From Ruminococcus sp. (GTDB lineage Bacteria > Bacillota > Clostridia > Oscillospirales > Acutalibacteraceae): 64,000 bases of DNA. Location: assembly GCA_004556705.1 (NCBI GenBank), contig SFGA01000002.1, positions 12,938-76,937 on the forward strand, in the 5' to 3' direction. A model generated the notes under the pieces. It did no database searches. It saw only the letters and a program-made list of their open reading frames with translations, and had not been told where the DNA came from. Shown here piece by piece: positions 1 through 9,002 of the stretch. Within the stretch, counting starts at the first letter, position 1. Every line of letters starts with the position of its first letter. Made by a program: the position numbers and the translations under genes.

Positions 1-788
1 TTTCGGAGTGTCCGAGCCTAAAAAGGATAAACATTGAAAATCTTGCCGTCTGGTGTGAAATCAACTTCGGCGACCAAGAGTCAAGCCCGTTTTGCTTCGC
101 AAGCGAATTTTATTTGAACGGTAAGCCTCTTAAAAACGTTGAAATTCCGAGCAGCGTGAAGAAAATCTCCAACTATGCATTTTACTCGGCTCCGATTAAG
201 ACGTTGAAAATTCCGCTGGGCGTTACCGAAATCGGAATCGGCGCTTTTGTAGGCTGTAAAAACCTTACAAGCATTTCACTTCCGAGCAGCATTAAAAGCA
301 TTGACAGAGCTGCGTTTATGGAATGTACCGCTTTGACCGAGGTTACAATACCCAAGGGCGTTGAAATTATTGACGAATTTGCGTTTTACAAATGTACCGG
401 ACTTAAAAAAGTTACCGTTCCGTCCTCTGTGACCTCGGTAACAATAAGCTCCTTTAACAGCTGCACCTCGCTTGAAGAGCTTGTAGTATTGAGCGAAGCC
501 AATTTAGAATTCGGAGATTTAGGCAGCACAACGCTCACGATTTATGCGAAATCGGGCACTCCGACGGAGAGCTACGCCAAAGCCAACAACATCCCCTTTA
601 CCTCGATTCTTATCGGCGACACGGACGGCGACGGAAGCGTCGGCATATCCGACCTCACGCTTGTTTCGATTTATCTTTCAGGCAAGGGAGAGCTGACCTC
701 GGCTCAGGCGGCTTGTGCGGATATAAACGAGGACTCTACCGTAGATGCGTTCGATATGTTCTATATAGACAAGGCAATTTACGCTTAA
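1..788 (+). CDS. BspA-type leucine-rich-repeat protein with C-terminal type I dockerin (5' end lies outside the window)
   Basis: Frame 3 is open from base 3 (SECPSLKRINIENLAVW...) into the listed ORF 114..788. Repeated ~23-aa units (IPSSVKKI.NYAF, IPLGVTEIGIGAF, LPSSIKSIDRAAF, IPKGVEIIDEFAF, VPSSVTSV) are typical of LRR_5/BspA repeats. The C-terminus has two dockerin Ca-binding loops, DTDGDGSVGISD and DINEDSTVDAFD. Confidence 0.85.
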   Translation, partial: SECPSLKRINIENLAVWCEINFGDQESSPFCFASEFYLNGKPLKNVEIPSSVKKISNYAFYSAPIKTLKIPLGVTEIGIGAFVGCKNLTSISLPSSIKSIDRAAFMECTALTEVTIPKGVEIIDEFAFYKCTGLKKVTVPSSVTSVTISSFNSCTSLEELVVLSEANLEFGDLGSTTLTIYAKSGTPTESYAKANNIPFTSILIGDTDGDGSVGISDLTLVSIYLSGKGELTSAQAACADINEDSTVDAFDMFYIDKAIYA

Positions 789-811
789 ACAATTAAATTT
801 ACACAGCAAGA

Positions 812-839
812 AGCGGTGGCAGATTTCTCTGCCACCGCT
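812..839. terminator. Bidirectional stem-loop between the convergent LRR gene and hpf
   Basis: Perfect 12-bp stem AGCGGTGGCAGA / TCTGCCACCGCT with a TTTC loop. It lies between two convergent stop codons (788 and 877). Confidence 0.7.
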
Positions 840-876
840 GTTATTATGCCTTTATTGTTTTATTAAAGCCTTATGC

Positions 877-1401
877 TCATTCCTCTGTCGGCTCGATAAG
901 TCCGTAGCCGCCGTCCTTTCTCTTGTAAACAACGTTTATATCGTCGCTTTCGGAGTTGCGGAACATATAGAACTGATGTCCGAGCATATTCATCTGCAAG
1001 ACAGCTTCATCAACCGTTTCGGGCTTGAGGATAACAGTCTTTGTTCTTACAATGTCAAATTCCGTTTCCTCGTCATCTGCGTTATTGAAAACCTCATCAA
1101 ATGATGTCTCGTGAATCTTCTTTTCGAGCTTCGTCTTATTTTTTCTGATCTGTCTGATAAGCGACTCTACGCAAGTGTCAAGCGCATCCTCAAGATCCTG
1201 TGAACGTTCCTGTGCTCTGAATATATATCCGCCTTTAGTCAGCGTAATCTCAACAATTTTGATGTTTTTTTCAACCGTTGCCGTTACCTTAGCGTTTGCG
1301 TCAGGTCCGAAAAATTTCTCAACCTTGCTAAGCTTTAACTCAGCCCTTTCTTTGAAGGATTCTCTCGGTGTGCATTTTCTGCCGATGATGGTAATGTTCA
1401 T
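877..1401 (-). CDS. hpf: Ribosome hibernation promoting factor, long form
   Basis: 174 aa. The N-terminal S30AE/RaiA-like part reads MNITIIGRK...ELKLSKVEKFF...VEITL. The C-terminal dimerisation domain reads VRTKTVILKP..VDEAVLQMNMLGHQFYMFRN...INVVYKRKDGGYGLIEP. Confidence 0.93.
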   Translation of the reverse strand: MNITIIGRKCTPRESFKERAELKLSKVEKFFGPDANAKVTATVEKNIKIVEITLTKGGYIFRAQERSQDLEDALDTCVESLIRQIRKNKTKLEKKIHETSFDEVFNNADDEETEFDIVRTKTVILKPETVDEAVLQMNMLGHQFYMFRNSESDDINVVYKRKDGGYGLIEPTEE

Positions 1402-1518
1402 TATGACATCCCCTTACTTATATATTCAAAAGCCGTGGCTTTTGTTTACATCTACAGTATAGCACAAATTTATAATAAAATAAAGATATTTTATGAATTT
1501 TTATTTAATTTTCACAAA

Positions 1519-2763
1519 TTAAACATTCCAGCTGTTTATATATCTTTCCTGTTCGGGCGAAAGGCTGTCAATCGAAATGCCCCAAGCCGCAAGCTTTCTC
1601 ATTGCAACGTTGCGGTCAATCTCCTGCGGAACGAAGTTTACGCCGACCTTGACCTTGTCACGGTTTTTCGCCATATACTCGGCGGAAAGAGCCTGAATGG
1701 CAAAGCTCATATCCATAATCTCGGCAGGGTGTCCGTCGCCGGCCGCAAGGTTAACAAGTCTGCCCTCGGCGATAAGATTTATCCAATGACCGTTTGCGAA
1801 CTTATATCCCATAATATTATTTCTCTTTTCGGCAATTTCAACCGCATTTTTTTCAAGGTCGCCGACATTTATCTCGACGTTGAAATGACCTGCGTTGCAC
1901 ACGATTGCGCCGTCCTTCATATTGAGCATTGCTTCTTCGGTGATAACATCTTTACATCCTGTAACGGTGATAAAAAAGTCACCGATTTTAGCCGCTTCGA
2001 CCATCGGAAGAACAGTGAAGCCCTCCATCTTAGCTTCCATAGCCTTTATCGGGTCAATCTCGGTAACGATAACATCTGCCCCCAAGCCCTTTGCTCTCAT
2101 TGCGACGCCCTTACCGCACCAGCCGTAGCCTGCAACAACAACCTTTTTACCGGCAACGACAAGATTTGTCGTTCTGTTAATTCCGTCCCAAACACTCTGT
2201 CCCGTGCCGTAGCGGTTGTCGAAAAGATATTTGCATTGTGCGTTGTTTACAGCCATCATCGGGAAAAGAAGCTTGCCGTCCTTTTCCATAGCCTTAAGCC
2301 TGATAATACCCGTGGTCGTTTCCTCGCATCCGCCGATAACGTTTTCAATCAGCTGCGGATATTCATTGTGAATAAGATTTACAAGGTCTCCGCCGTCGTC
2401 AATTATAATATTCGGGGCGATTTCAATTACCCTGCGTAAATGCTCATTGTATTCCTCTTCGGTTGCGCCGTGATAGGCAAAAACGTTCATTCCGCCCTTA
2501 ACGAGTGCCGCCGCAACATCATCCTGTGTCGAAAGCGGATTACTGCCTGTAACATACATTTCGGCACCGCCTGCCGCAAGAACTCTGCAAAGATATGCTG
2601 TTTTTGCTTCAAGATGAACCGAAAGCGCAACCCTCAAGCCTTCAAACGGCTTTTCCTGTGCAAACTCTTTTTCAAGCGAGGACAAAATCGGCATATTCGC
2701 CTTAACCCACTGTATTTTTCTCTCTCCCGATTCATAGAGAGCCAAATTTCTTATATCGCTCAT
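1519..2763 (-). CDS. ahcY: Adenosylhomocysteinase
   Basis: Strong family resemblance (GERKIQWVKANMPIL, LEAKTAYLCRVLAAGGAEMYVTGSNPLSTQDDVAAAL, GYGWCGKGVAMRAKGLGA). I place the start at ATG 2763 (MSDIRNL), which follows GGAAGGAAG. The ORF-track extension to 2847 has no RBS. Confidence 0.95.
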   Translation of the reverse strand: MSDIRNLALYESGERKIQWVKANMPILSSLEKEFAQEKPFEGLRVALSVHLEAKTAYLCRVLAAGGAEMYVTGSNPLSTQDDVAAALVKGGMNVFAYHGATEEEYNEHLRRVIEIAPNIIIDDGGDLVNLIHNEYPQLIENVIGGCEETTTGIIRLKAMEKDGKLLFPMMAVNNAQCKYLFDNRYGTGQSVWDGINRTTNLVVAGKKVVVAGYGWCGKGVAMRAKGLGADVIVTEIDPIKAMEAKMEGFTVLPMVEAAKIGDFFITVTGCKDVITEEAMLNMKDGAIVCNAGHFNVEINVGDLEKNAVEIAEKRNNIMGYKFANGHWINLIAEGRLVNLAAGDGHPAEIMDMSFAIQALSAEYMAKNRDKVKVGVNFVPQEIDRNVAMRKLAAWGISIDSLSPEQERYINSWNV

Positions 2764-2833
2764 TTTGTACTTCCTTCCGATATTTTTTACTACATAATAA
2801 AATAACATATTACCTGCGAAAAAGCAATAAATA

Positions 2834-2862
2834 TTGACATAAGTCAATAATTATGCGATAAT
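2834..2862 (+). promoter_or_regulatory. Sigma-A-type promoter for the lipoprotein gene
   Basis: TTGACA (2834-2839), a 17-nt spacer, then GATAAT (2857-2862), about 40 nt upstream of the AGGAGG RBS and ATG 2903. Confidence 0.6.
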
Positions 2863-2902
2863 TAAATTTACTAAAGGCAGTCTTAGGAGGCACACATTTC
2901 TT

Positions 2903-3856
2903 ATGGAAAAGAGTAATAACATCATTAGAAGAATAATCTGTGTTGTTCTCGCTTTAACACTCACATCTTGTATTTTTACCTCTTGTAAAAAGAATAACGA
3001 AGAAGAGGAAATTACACGTGGCAACGCTCAAATCGAAAGACCCACCTATGCGGAGGAATCTCAACCCGAGGGCGAGGCTACAACAGATCCTGCCGCTACA
3101 ATGGAGGATGCAAGGAACACTACGGCAAAGGCGTCTGACAACGCAACGACGGAAGGTACTACATACGCTAGTGCTGACGACGCTATCAAGGACGCAGCAA
3201 ATCAAAGCGGTATGAGCCCCGAGCAAATCGCCGAGTTTATACAGATAATGGGCTATGATTACGATCCCGTTCAGGGTATTTTCTACACAAGCCTTGACAA
3301 CTGGCAGAGGCAGGCAAACTTCGTTGCTCACTATGACACGGCGGCTCACTATTTCAATATGAACTACCGCACGGTGAGAATTGACTTCGGTCCTATCGAC
3401 GGTCTTGACTGGAGAATTCAGCTTTGGAAGGGTCAGTACGGTGCCTTCGGCGGAAGTGAAATCGGTGTATATACGAAAGACCCGAAGCAGAATGCTATGC
3501 TTTACAACTGTGCCGACAATGATCATCTTCTCTTTATGGAGTCCGCACTTTATCTCAATAAAGAGGATTATCAAAACAACAAGATTTACTTCACAAGAGA
3601 ATGGCAGGCTCATTGGTGGCTTACAGGCTTTAAGCCGGGCGTTGTAAACCCCGCTTCCCTGATTATGTCAATGCGTATTCGCTGTAAGTCAGATAAAATG
3701 GCAAAACAGTTTGCTGCGGCTCTTGAGCAGGCTGGCTTTACACCGGTAAATAGTTCAAAAGAAATGGGGTACAACACCTACCGCAGAAGCCTCAATGACA
3801 TTTTTATACTTTGGGATGACATTGGCGAGCTGAACTACGTACAAAAAAAGAACTAA
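2903..3856 (+). CDS. Lipoprotein, probable DUF4474-type C-terminal domain
   Basis: Signal peptide with lipobox LTLTSC. An acidic/Thr-rich linker follows. The conserved C-terminal block reads GYDYDPVQGIFYTSLDNWQRQANF...WRIQLWKGQYGAFGGSEIGVY. The DUF4474 assignment is from memory and is not a search result. Confidence 0.7.
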   Translation: MEKSNNIIRRIICVVLALTLTSCIFTSCKKNNEEEEITRGNAQIERPTYAEESQPEGEATTDPAATMEDARNTTAKASDNATTEGTTYASADDAIKDAANQSGMSPEQIAEFIQIMGYDYDPVQGIFYTSLDNWQRQANFVAHYDTAAHYFNMNYRTVRIDFGPIDGLDWRIQLWKGQYGAFGGSEIGVYTKDPKQNAMLYNCADNDHLLFMESALYLNKEDYQNNKIYFTREWQAHWWLTGFKPGVVNPASLIMSMRIRCKSDKMAKQFAAALEQAGFTPVNSSKEMGYNTYRRSLNDIFILWDDIGELNYVQKKN

Positions 3857-3858
3857 AC

Positions 3859-3884
3859 AAAAGCCCACTATACGGTGGGCTTTT
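3859..3884 (+). terminator. Rho-independent terminator
   Basis: Stem GCCCAC / GTGGGC flanked by an A-run and followed by TTTT, directly after stop 3856. Confidence 0.75.
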
Positions 3885-3908
3885 ATAGTAGGAGATTTTG
3901 AGACTATT

Positions 3909-4490
3909 ATGAAAAACGGATTTTTCGCATTTACAGGCAGAATAAAATACATCAACCGTTGGGCACTTATGCGCAACACAACCTATGAAACCTTGAGTCA
4001 GCACTCACACGAGGTAGCTGTTTTGGCTCACGCTCTCGCCGTAATCGGTAATAAAAAGCTTGGCAAGAGCTATAACACCGAAAGAGCCGCCCTGTTAGGT
4101 CTTTACCACGACGTGCCGGAGATTATCACAGGCGATATGCCGACGCCCGTAAAATATTACAGCAGGGATATGCGTAACACCTTTGAGAAAATCGAAAACA
4201 ACGCTTGCTCCTCTCTGCTCGATATGCTCGGAGACGACATAAAAGATGAGTACACCTCATTATTTTTCAAGGAAGAAAAAGACACAGAGCTTTGGCGGCT
4301 TGTAAAGGCGGCGGACAAATTAAGTGCATATATCAAATGTATCGAAGAGCGAAAAGCAGGAAACTCCGAGTTTTCCGACGCCGAAAAATCAACAAAGGCA
4401 TTGATTGACTCCCTTGACTGTGAGGAGGCAGATATTTTTGTAAAGGAATATCTACCTGCTTATGAATTACCGCTTGATAAGCTGAAATAG
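3909..4490 (+). CDS. yfbR: HD-domain 5'-deoxynucleotidase (YfbR family)
   Basis: INRWALMRN...ETLSQHSHEVAVLAHALA...LLGLYHDVPEIITGDMPTPVKYY...KAADKLSAYIKCIEE runs parallel to E. coli YfbR along its whole length. Confidence 0.88.
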   Translation: MKNGFFAFTGRIKYINRWALMRNTTYETLSQHSHEVAVLAHALAVIGNKKLGKSYNTERAALLGLYHDVPEIITGDMPTPVKYYSRDMRNTFEKIENNACSSLLDMLGDDIKDEYTSLFFKEEKDTELWRLVKAADKLSAYIKCIEERKAGNSEFSDAEKSTKALIDSLDCEEADIFVKEYLPAYELPLDKLK

Positions 4491-4525
4491 AAAACAAATA
4501 TTTGCACCTTGTCAATCGTAAAAGT

Positions 4526-4559
4526 GCAAAAACAAACCTCGTTCTATGAACGGGGGTTT
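4526..4559 (-). terminator. Terminator of the hisS-aspS unit
   Basis: On the minus strand, AAACCCCCGTTC-ATA-GAACGAGGTTT is followed by GTTTTT, immediately after the aspS stop. Confidence 0.6.
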
Positions 4560-4569
4560 ATTATATCTG

Positions 4570-6360
4570 TCATTCTTTTTCTTCTGTTCTTGTAACCGCA
4601 ATGCCGAGGTCGTTGAGCTGAAGCTCGTCAACGGGTGCAGGACATTCGGTCATAGGCTCGGAAGCGTTCTGAACCTTAGGATATGCCACAACATCTCTCA
4701 AGCTCTCACAGCCGAGCATCTGCATACAAAGTCTGTCAAGACCGATACCCATACCACCGTGAGGCGGAGCACCGAAACGGAATGCGTCAAGCAGGTAGCC
4801 GAATTTCTCGTAAGCCTCTTCCTTTGTGAGACCGAGAAGGTCAAAAATCCTCGACTGAAGCTGCGGGTCGGTAATTCTTATCGAACCTGAGGACAATTCA
4901 ATTCCGTTAAGTACAAGGTCGTAGCACTTTGCCCTAACCTTGCCCTTATCGGTTTCAAGATAATCAAGGCAATCGTCCATAGGTGCGGTAAAGGGGTGGT
5001 GCATTGCAAGCCACTCGCCGCTTTCCTCGTCGTACTCGAAGAACGGGAATTCCGTAATCCAAAGAAGATTGAACACACCCTCGGGGATTATATCAAGCTT
5101 CTTTGCAACCGTCTGTCTGAGTGCGCCGAGTATCGAAAGAACGTGGTTATTATTAGCGTCTGCGATAACAAGAAGCACATCACCCTGCTTCAAATCCGCT
5201 TTAGATGAAATTTGACTAAGTTCTTCTTCTGTCATAAATTTAGCAAACGAAGAAGCCATACCGTCGGGTGTCATTCTTATCCAAGCCATACCCTTTGCGC
5301 CGCTTCCCTTTGCCTGCTCGGTAAGCTTGTCTATCTCTTTTCTTGTAAGCACGGAAGCTGCATTTTCAGCCTTTATCGCTCTGACGCTGCCGCCTGCCTC
5401 GATAGCACTCTTGAACACAACGAATTCAGAGCCCTTAACAATATCGGTAAGGTCGATAAGCTCCATTCCGTATCTTGTATCGGGCTTGTCCGAGCCGTAT
5501 CTTTCCATAGCCTCCTTAAAGGTAATGCGTGGCAACGGAGTGGGAATATCAACACCGAGTGCATCCTTGAACACACGCTTGATATATCCCTCGCCCATTT
5601 CGAGAACATCCTCCATCTCAACGAAGGACATTTCAAGGTCAATCTGCGTAAATTCGGGCTGACGGTCTGCTCTCAAGTCCTCATCTCTGAAGCAACGGGC
5701 AATCTGCATATATCTGTCAAAGCCTGCAACCATTGAAAGCTGCTTATAAAGCTGCGGAGACTGCGGAAGCGCATAGAAGCTGCCGTTGTGAATTCTCGAC
5801 GGAACAAGGAAATCTCTTGCGCCCTCGGGAGTGGAACGGATAAGCATAGGCGTTTCAATCTCGATAAAGCCGTTCTCGTCAAAATAATCTCTTGTAATTT
5901 TTGCTACCTTGTGTCTGAAAATGATATTCTTCTGCAAATCGGGACGGCGAAGGTCAAGATAACGGTATTTAAGTCTTGTCAGCTCGCCTGTCTGCGAATT
6001 TTCCTGAATTTCAAACGGAGTTGTCTCACTCTTTGCGAGAACTCTCAATTCCTTAACCTCAATTTCAATCTCGCCGGTGGGAATATCGGGGTTTTTGGCA
6101 CTTCTCTCCCTGACCGTTCCTATTGCGGCAAGAACATACTCACTTCTAACGGAAAAAGCCTTGTCAAAAACCTCTTTATCGGTGCTTTCGGTAAAAGCCA
6201 ACTGAACAACGCCTGTTCTGTCTCTCAAATCGACGAAAATCAATGCGCCGAGGTCTCGCTGACGCTGAACCCAACCGCAAAGAGTAACCTCTCTGCCAAT
6301 ATCCTTTGCGGTAAGCGTGCCGCAATAGTCCGTTCTCTTAATTCCCTGCATTGTTTCCAT
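4570..6360 (-). CDS. aspS: Aspartate--tRNA ligase
   Basis: N-terminal OB fold (RTDYCGTLTAKDIGREVTLCGWVQRQRDLGALIFVDLRDRTG) and class II motifs (FRDEDLRADRQPEFTQID; GGMGIGLDRL). ATG 6360 overlaps the hisS stop by 1 nt (TGATG). The track start at 6363 is TTG. Confidence 0.96.
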   Translation of the reverse strand: METMQGIKRTDYCGTLTAKDIGREVTLCGWVQRQRDLGALIFVDLRDRTGVVQLAFTESTDKEVFDKAFSVRSEYVLAAIGTVRERSAKNPDIPTGEIEIEVKELRVLAKSETTPFEIQENSQTGELTRLKYRYLDLRRPDLQKNIIFRHKVAKITRDYFDENGFIEIETPMLIRSTPEGARDFLVPSRIHNGSFYALPQSPQLYKQLSMVAGFDRYMQIARCFRDEDLRADRQPEFTQIDLEMSFVEMEDVLEMGEGYIKRVFKDALGVDIPTPLPRITFKEAMERYGSDKPDTRYGMELIDLTDIVKGSEFVVFKSAIEAGGSVRAIKAENAASVLTRKEIDKLTEQAKGSGAKGMAWIRMTPDGMASSFAKFMTEEELSQISSKADLKQGDVLLVIADANNNHVLSILGALRQTVAKKLDIIPEGVFNLLWITEFPFFEYDEESGEWLAMHHPFTAPMDDCLDYLETDKGKVRAKCYDLVLNGIELSSGSIRITDPQLQSRIFDLLGLTKEEAYEKFGYLLDAFRFGAPPHGGMGIGLDRLCMQMLGCESLRDVVAYPKVQNASEPMTECPAPVDELQLNDLGIAVTRTEEKE

Positions 6361-7703
6361 CAATTTTGTCCTCCAAGTATATCTGTAATTTCAAGTCCCT
6401 CAATGCCGTAGCCGTCAAGCGAATCCATCGCCTGCTTTATTACGATCGACTGAAAATTATCCGTGAAATCCGCAAGCTCTATCTCCGCCTGAGTGCCGTC
6501 CGACATATTTTTAAGCACAGCCCTGCCGCTTTCAAGCTCGCTGTCGCCGAGTACAACGGTATAAAGAGCGCCGATTTTGTCTGCATATTTCATCTGAGCC
6601 TTAACGGACCTTCCGACCGTATCAAACTGCGCCGAAAGTCCCTCGTTTCTCAAATCCGCAGCAAGAGCCGAAGCTTTTATATTAGCCTGCTCGCCCATAG
6701 AAGCGATATAAAGGTCGCATTTTTTTCTTTCGGGGAACTCGGTTTTCTGCGTGTCCATCAAAAGCATAAGCCTTTCAAGTCCGATAGCGAAGCCGCAAGC
6801 CGGTGTAGGCTTACCGCCCAATTCCTCAACAAGTCCGTCATAGCGACCGCCGCCGCAAACCGTACCCTGCGCTCCGATTTCGTTTGACACGAATTCAAAT
6901 ACTGTTCTTGTATAGTAATCAAGACCTCTTACGATTGTCGGATTAACCTTGAAATCAATATTATTAGCTGTTAGATATTTTTTAACTAACTCAAAATGTT
7001 CATTACAATCCTCACATAAATAGTCGAGAATTTTCGGTGCTTTTTCTGCGATTTTTGAGCATACGGGACTCTTACAGTCAAGTATTCTCATCGGGTTTTT
7101 CTCAAGTCTGCCCTTGCAGGTATCGCACAAATCATCATAATTGGCTTTGAAATATTCCTTGAGTGCCTCCTGATATTTTTTACGGCATTCGGGGCAGCCG
7201 ATTGAGTTTATTTCAAGTGATATATTGTTTACGCCAAGATAATTAAACACTTCATTAGCAAGAATAATAATCTCCGCATCCTGCGCCGCACTTCCTGCGC
7301 CGAAACACTCAACTCCGAACTGGTGGAATTCACGAAGTCTGCCTGCCTGAGGCTTTTCATAGCGATAGCAAGGCGTAACATAGTAAATTTTCTGCGGCAT
7401 AGCCTCATTGAAAAGTCCATGCTCAAGGAAAGCTCGCACCGCACCTGCCGTGCCCTCGGGCTTCAAGGTTATTGACCTGTCGCCCTTATCCTTAAAGGTG
7501 TACATTTCCTTCTGAACAACATCCGTTGTTTCGCCGACAGAACGCTGAAAAAGCTCGGTGTGTTCAAAAACGGGGGTACGCATTTCGTAAAAGCCGTAAT
7601 TTTCGGCAATTTCACGCATAGCCGCTTCGATATATTGGATTTTATAACTGCTCGACGGCAATGTGTCAAGCGTTCCTTTGATTGCGTTGGTAATAAGCGC
7701 CAT
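6360..7703 (-). CDS. hisS: Histidine--tRNA ligase
   Basis: KGTLDTLP, RYEKPQAGRLREFHQFGVE and GGGRYDGL are class IIa HisRS motifs. There are two candidate ATGs (7712 and 7703). GAGGGA is better spaced for 7703. Confidence 0.93.
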   Translation of the reverse strand: MALITNAIKGTLDTLPSSSYKIQYIEAAMREIAENYGFYEMRTPVFEHTELFQRSVGETTDVVQKEMYTFKDKGDRSITLKPEGTAGAVRAFLEHGLFNEAMPQKIYYVTPCYRYEKPQAGRLREFHQFGVECFGAGSAAQDAEIIILANEVFNYLGVNNISLEINSIGCPECRKKYQEALKEYFKANYDDLCDTCKGRLEKNPMRILDCKSPVCSKIAEKAPKILDYLCEDCNEHFELVKKYLTANNIDFKVNPTIVRGLDYYTRTVFEFVSNEIGAQGTVCGGGRYDGLVEELGGKPTPACGFAIGLERLMLLMDTQKTEFPERKKCDLYIASMGEQANIKASALAADLRNEGLSAQFDTVGRSVKAQMKYADKIGALYTVVLGDSELESGRAVLKNMSDGTQAEIELADFTDNFQSIVIKQAMDSLDGYGIEGLEITDILGGQN

Positions 7704-7733
7704 AGATTTCATTCCCTCATTTATACAGAATTA

Positions 7734-7754
7734 CCCCCTCCGAATCGGAAGGGG
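7734..7754 (-). terminator. Stem-loop between mgsA and hisS (weak terminator or processing site)
   Basis: CCCCTTCCG-ATT-CGGAGGGGG on the minus strand, with one internal mismatch and only a modest U-tract. It is the only structure in the ~55-nt spacer. Confidence 0.35.
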
Positions 7755-7763
7755 CGATTTTAT

Positions 7764-8180
7764 TTAGTGATGTTCGCCATTCTTCGGGTTAACAATATCT
7801 CTCCAGTCAAGGTCGCCCCTTGCAAGGCTGTGTATAAGTGCCTCCGCAGTAGCGATATTAGTAGCGACGGGTATATTGTGAACGTCGCAGAGCCTTAAAA
7901 GATTAGCTTCATTCGGCTCATGTGGCTTAGGATTAAGGGGATCTCTGAATATAAGCAAAAGGTCGATTTCGTTGCAAGCAATCCTCGAACCGATTTGCTG
8001 ATCGCCGCCTTGAGAGCCGCTTAAAAACTGTGTAATTTTAAGACCCGTTGCCTCAGAGACAAGCTTACCCGTAGTTCCCGTAGCGCAAAGATTGTGCTTT
8101 GAGAGTATTCCGCAATATGCAATGCAAAACTGCGTCATAAGTTCTTTTTTCTCATCGTGTGCTATAAGAGCTATGTTCAT
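7764..8180 (-). CDS. mgsA: Methylglyoxal synthase
   Basis: [12 protein letters not shown]...ATGTTG...GGDQQIG...IDLLIFFRDPL-like block...[29 protein letters not shown]-17-TATTAT promoter and AGGGAGGAAG RBS lie upstream at 8181-8256. Confidence 0.95.
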   Translation of the reverse strand: MNIALIAHDEKKELMTQFCIAYCGILSKHNLCATGTTGKLVSEATGLKITQFLSGSQGGDQQIGSRIACNEIDLLLIFRDPLNPKPHEPNEANLLRLCDVHNIPVATNIATAEALIHSLARGDLDWRDIVNPKNGEHH

Positions 8181-8256
8181 ATATCTTCAGCTTCCTCCCT
8201 ATTAAACTCTCTCGTATAGTATAATATCAAATTTTCTTTCATTTTTCAACTGTTTA

Positions 8257-8988
8257 TCAATAAAAATCCTTTTGTTTGAACAAAACGTTTTCGCCCAAAA
8301 TGCGTTTTGCCGTTCTTAAAAATGCATTAAAAGCATATTTTGAGATTTTGCTCCCGTTTGAAAGCAGCCTCACGCTGTCATCCTCGGGAATAACTCCGAT
8401 AAGCTGTACCCTTGCCGAGTCAATGACGTCATCAAGCTTCATCTGCTTTCCCGACTCAACCTCGTATCTGTTAAATCGGTTGATAATCATTCTGATATCA
8501 ATATCTTTATCTGCTTTCAGCACCCTGCCGACAGCCGCATCCGCACTCCTTACGCAAACGGGGTCGCCCGTTACAACTACAATAGCTCTGTCGCAGACCT
8601 TTGCCAAAATTCCGTGAAAAGAGTCCGAGCCTGCCGCAGAGTCAACAAAAACATAGTCATAATCCGTGTCCGTATGCGAAAGCAGGTTTGAAAATGCCGC
8701 CTCTGTTATGCTGTCCGAAAAATCCGACGGTGCGGAAAGCAAATCGGGTGCGCCGTCTCCGCTGACAACCGCCTGCGAAAAGGAGCAACGTCCCTCGATA
8801 ACATCAAGCCAATTATACACGACCTTATCTCCAATATTCATTATAAGGTCAAGGCTGCGAAAACCGACATCGGCATCAATAAGAAGCACGCTTTTCCCCA
8901 TTGAGCACAGGGCGTTTGCAAGTCCTACCGAAACAGACGACTTTCCGACGCCGCCCTTTCCCGATAAAACAAGAATTTTCTGAGCCAT
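8257..8988 (-). CDS. MinD/ParA-family ATPase (MinD-like)
   Basis: Deviant Walker A LSGKGGVGKSS, then LLIDADVGFRSLDLIMNIG..VVYNWLDVIEGRC as in MinD. ATG 8988 is preferred. The TTG at 9006 would overlap the mrdA stop. Confidence 0.8.
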   Translation of the reverse strand: MAQKILVLSGKGGVGKSSVSVGLANALCSMGKSVLLIDADVGFRSLDLIMNIGDKVVYNWLDVIEGRCSFSQAVVSGDGAPDLLSAPSDFSDSITEAAFSNLLSHTDTDYDYVFVDSAAGSDSFHGILAKVCDRAIVVVTGDPVCVRSADAAVGRVLKADKDIDIRMIINRFNRYEVESGKQMKLDDVIDSARVQLIGVIPEDDSVRLLSNGSKISKYAFNAFLRTAKRILGENVLFKQKDFY

Positions 8989-9002
8989 TTCCCTCACTCC
9001 AA

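Noticed and set aside
1435-2439. 334-aa ORF on the plus strand opposite ahcY (also 1895..2128 and 2440..2805)
   Set aside because: It is entirely antisense to a gene with unmistakable adenosylhomocysteinase motifs. It has no RBS, and its composition is typical of a shadow ORF.
2764-2833. Possible SAH or SAM riboswitch upstream of ahcY
   Set aside because: The leader is short and AT-rich, with no GC-rich pseudoknot-type elements. The RBS follows almost immediately, leaving no room for a riboswitch aptamer.
2764-2847. N-terminal extensions given by the ORF track (for example ahcY to 2847, ogg to 14549, spo0J to 22372, lipoprotein to 22916, dnaN from 33641, tadA from 42042, guaB from 43476, purB from 48874, rlmH to 55934)
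   Set aside because: In each case an internal ATG is preceded by a well-spaced Shine-Dalgarno sequence and matches the conserved family N-terminus. The extension has no RBS, uses rare starts, or overlaps the upstream gene or promoter.
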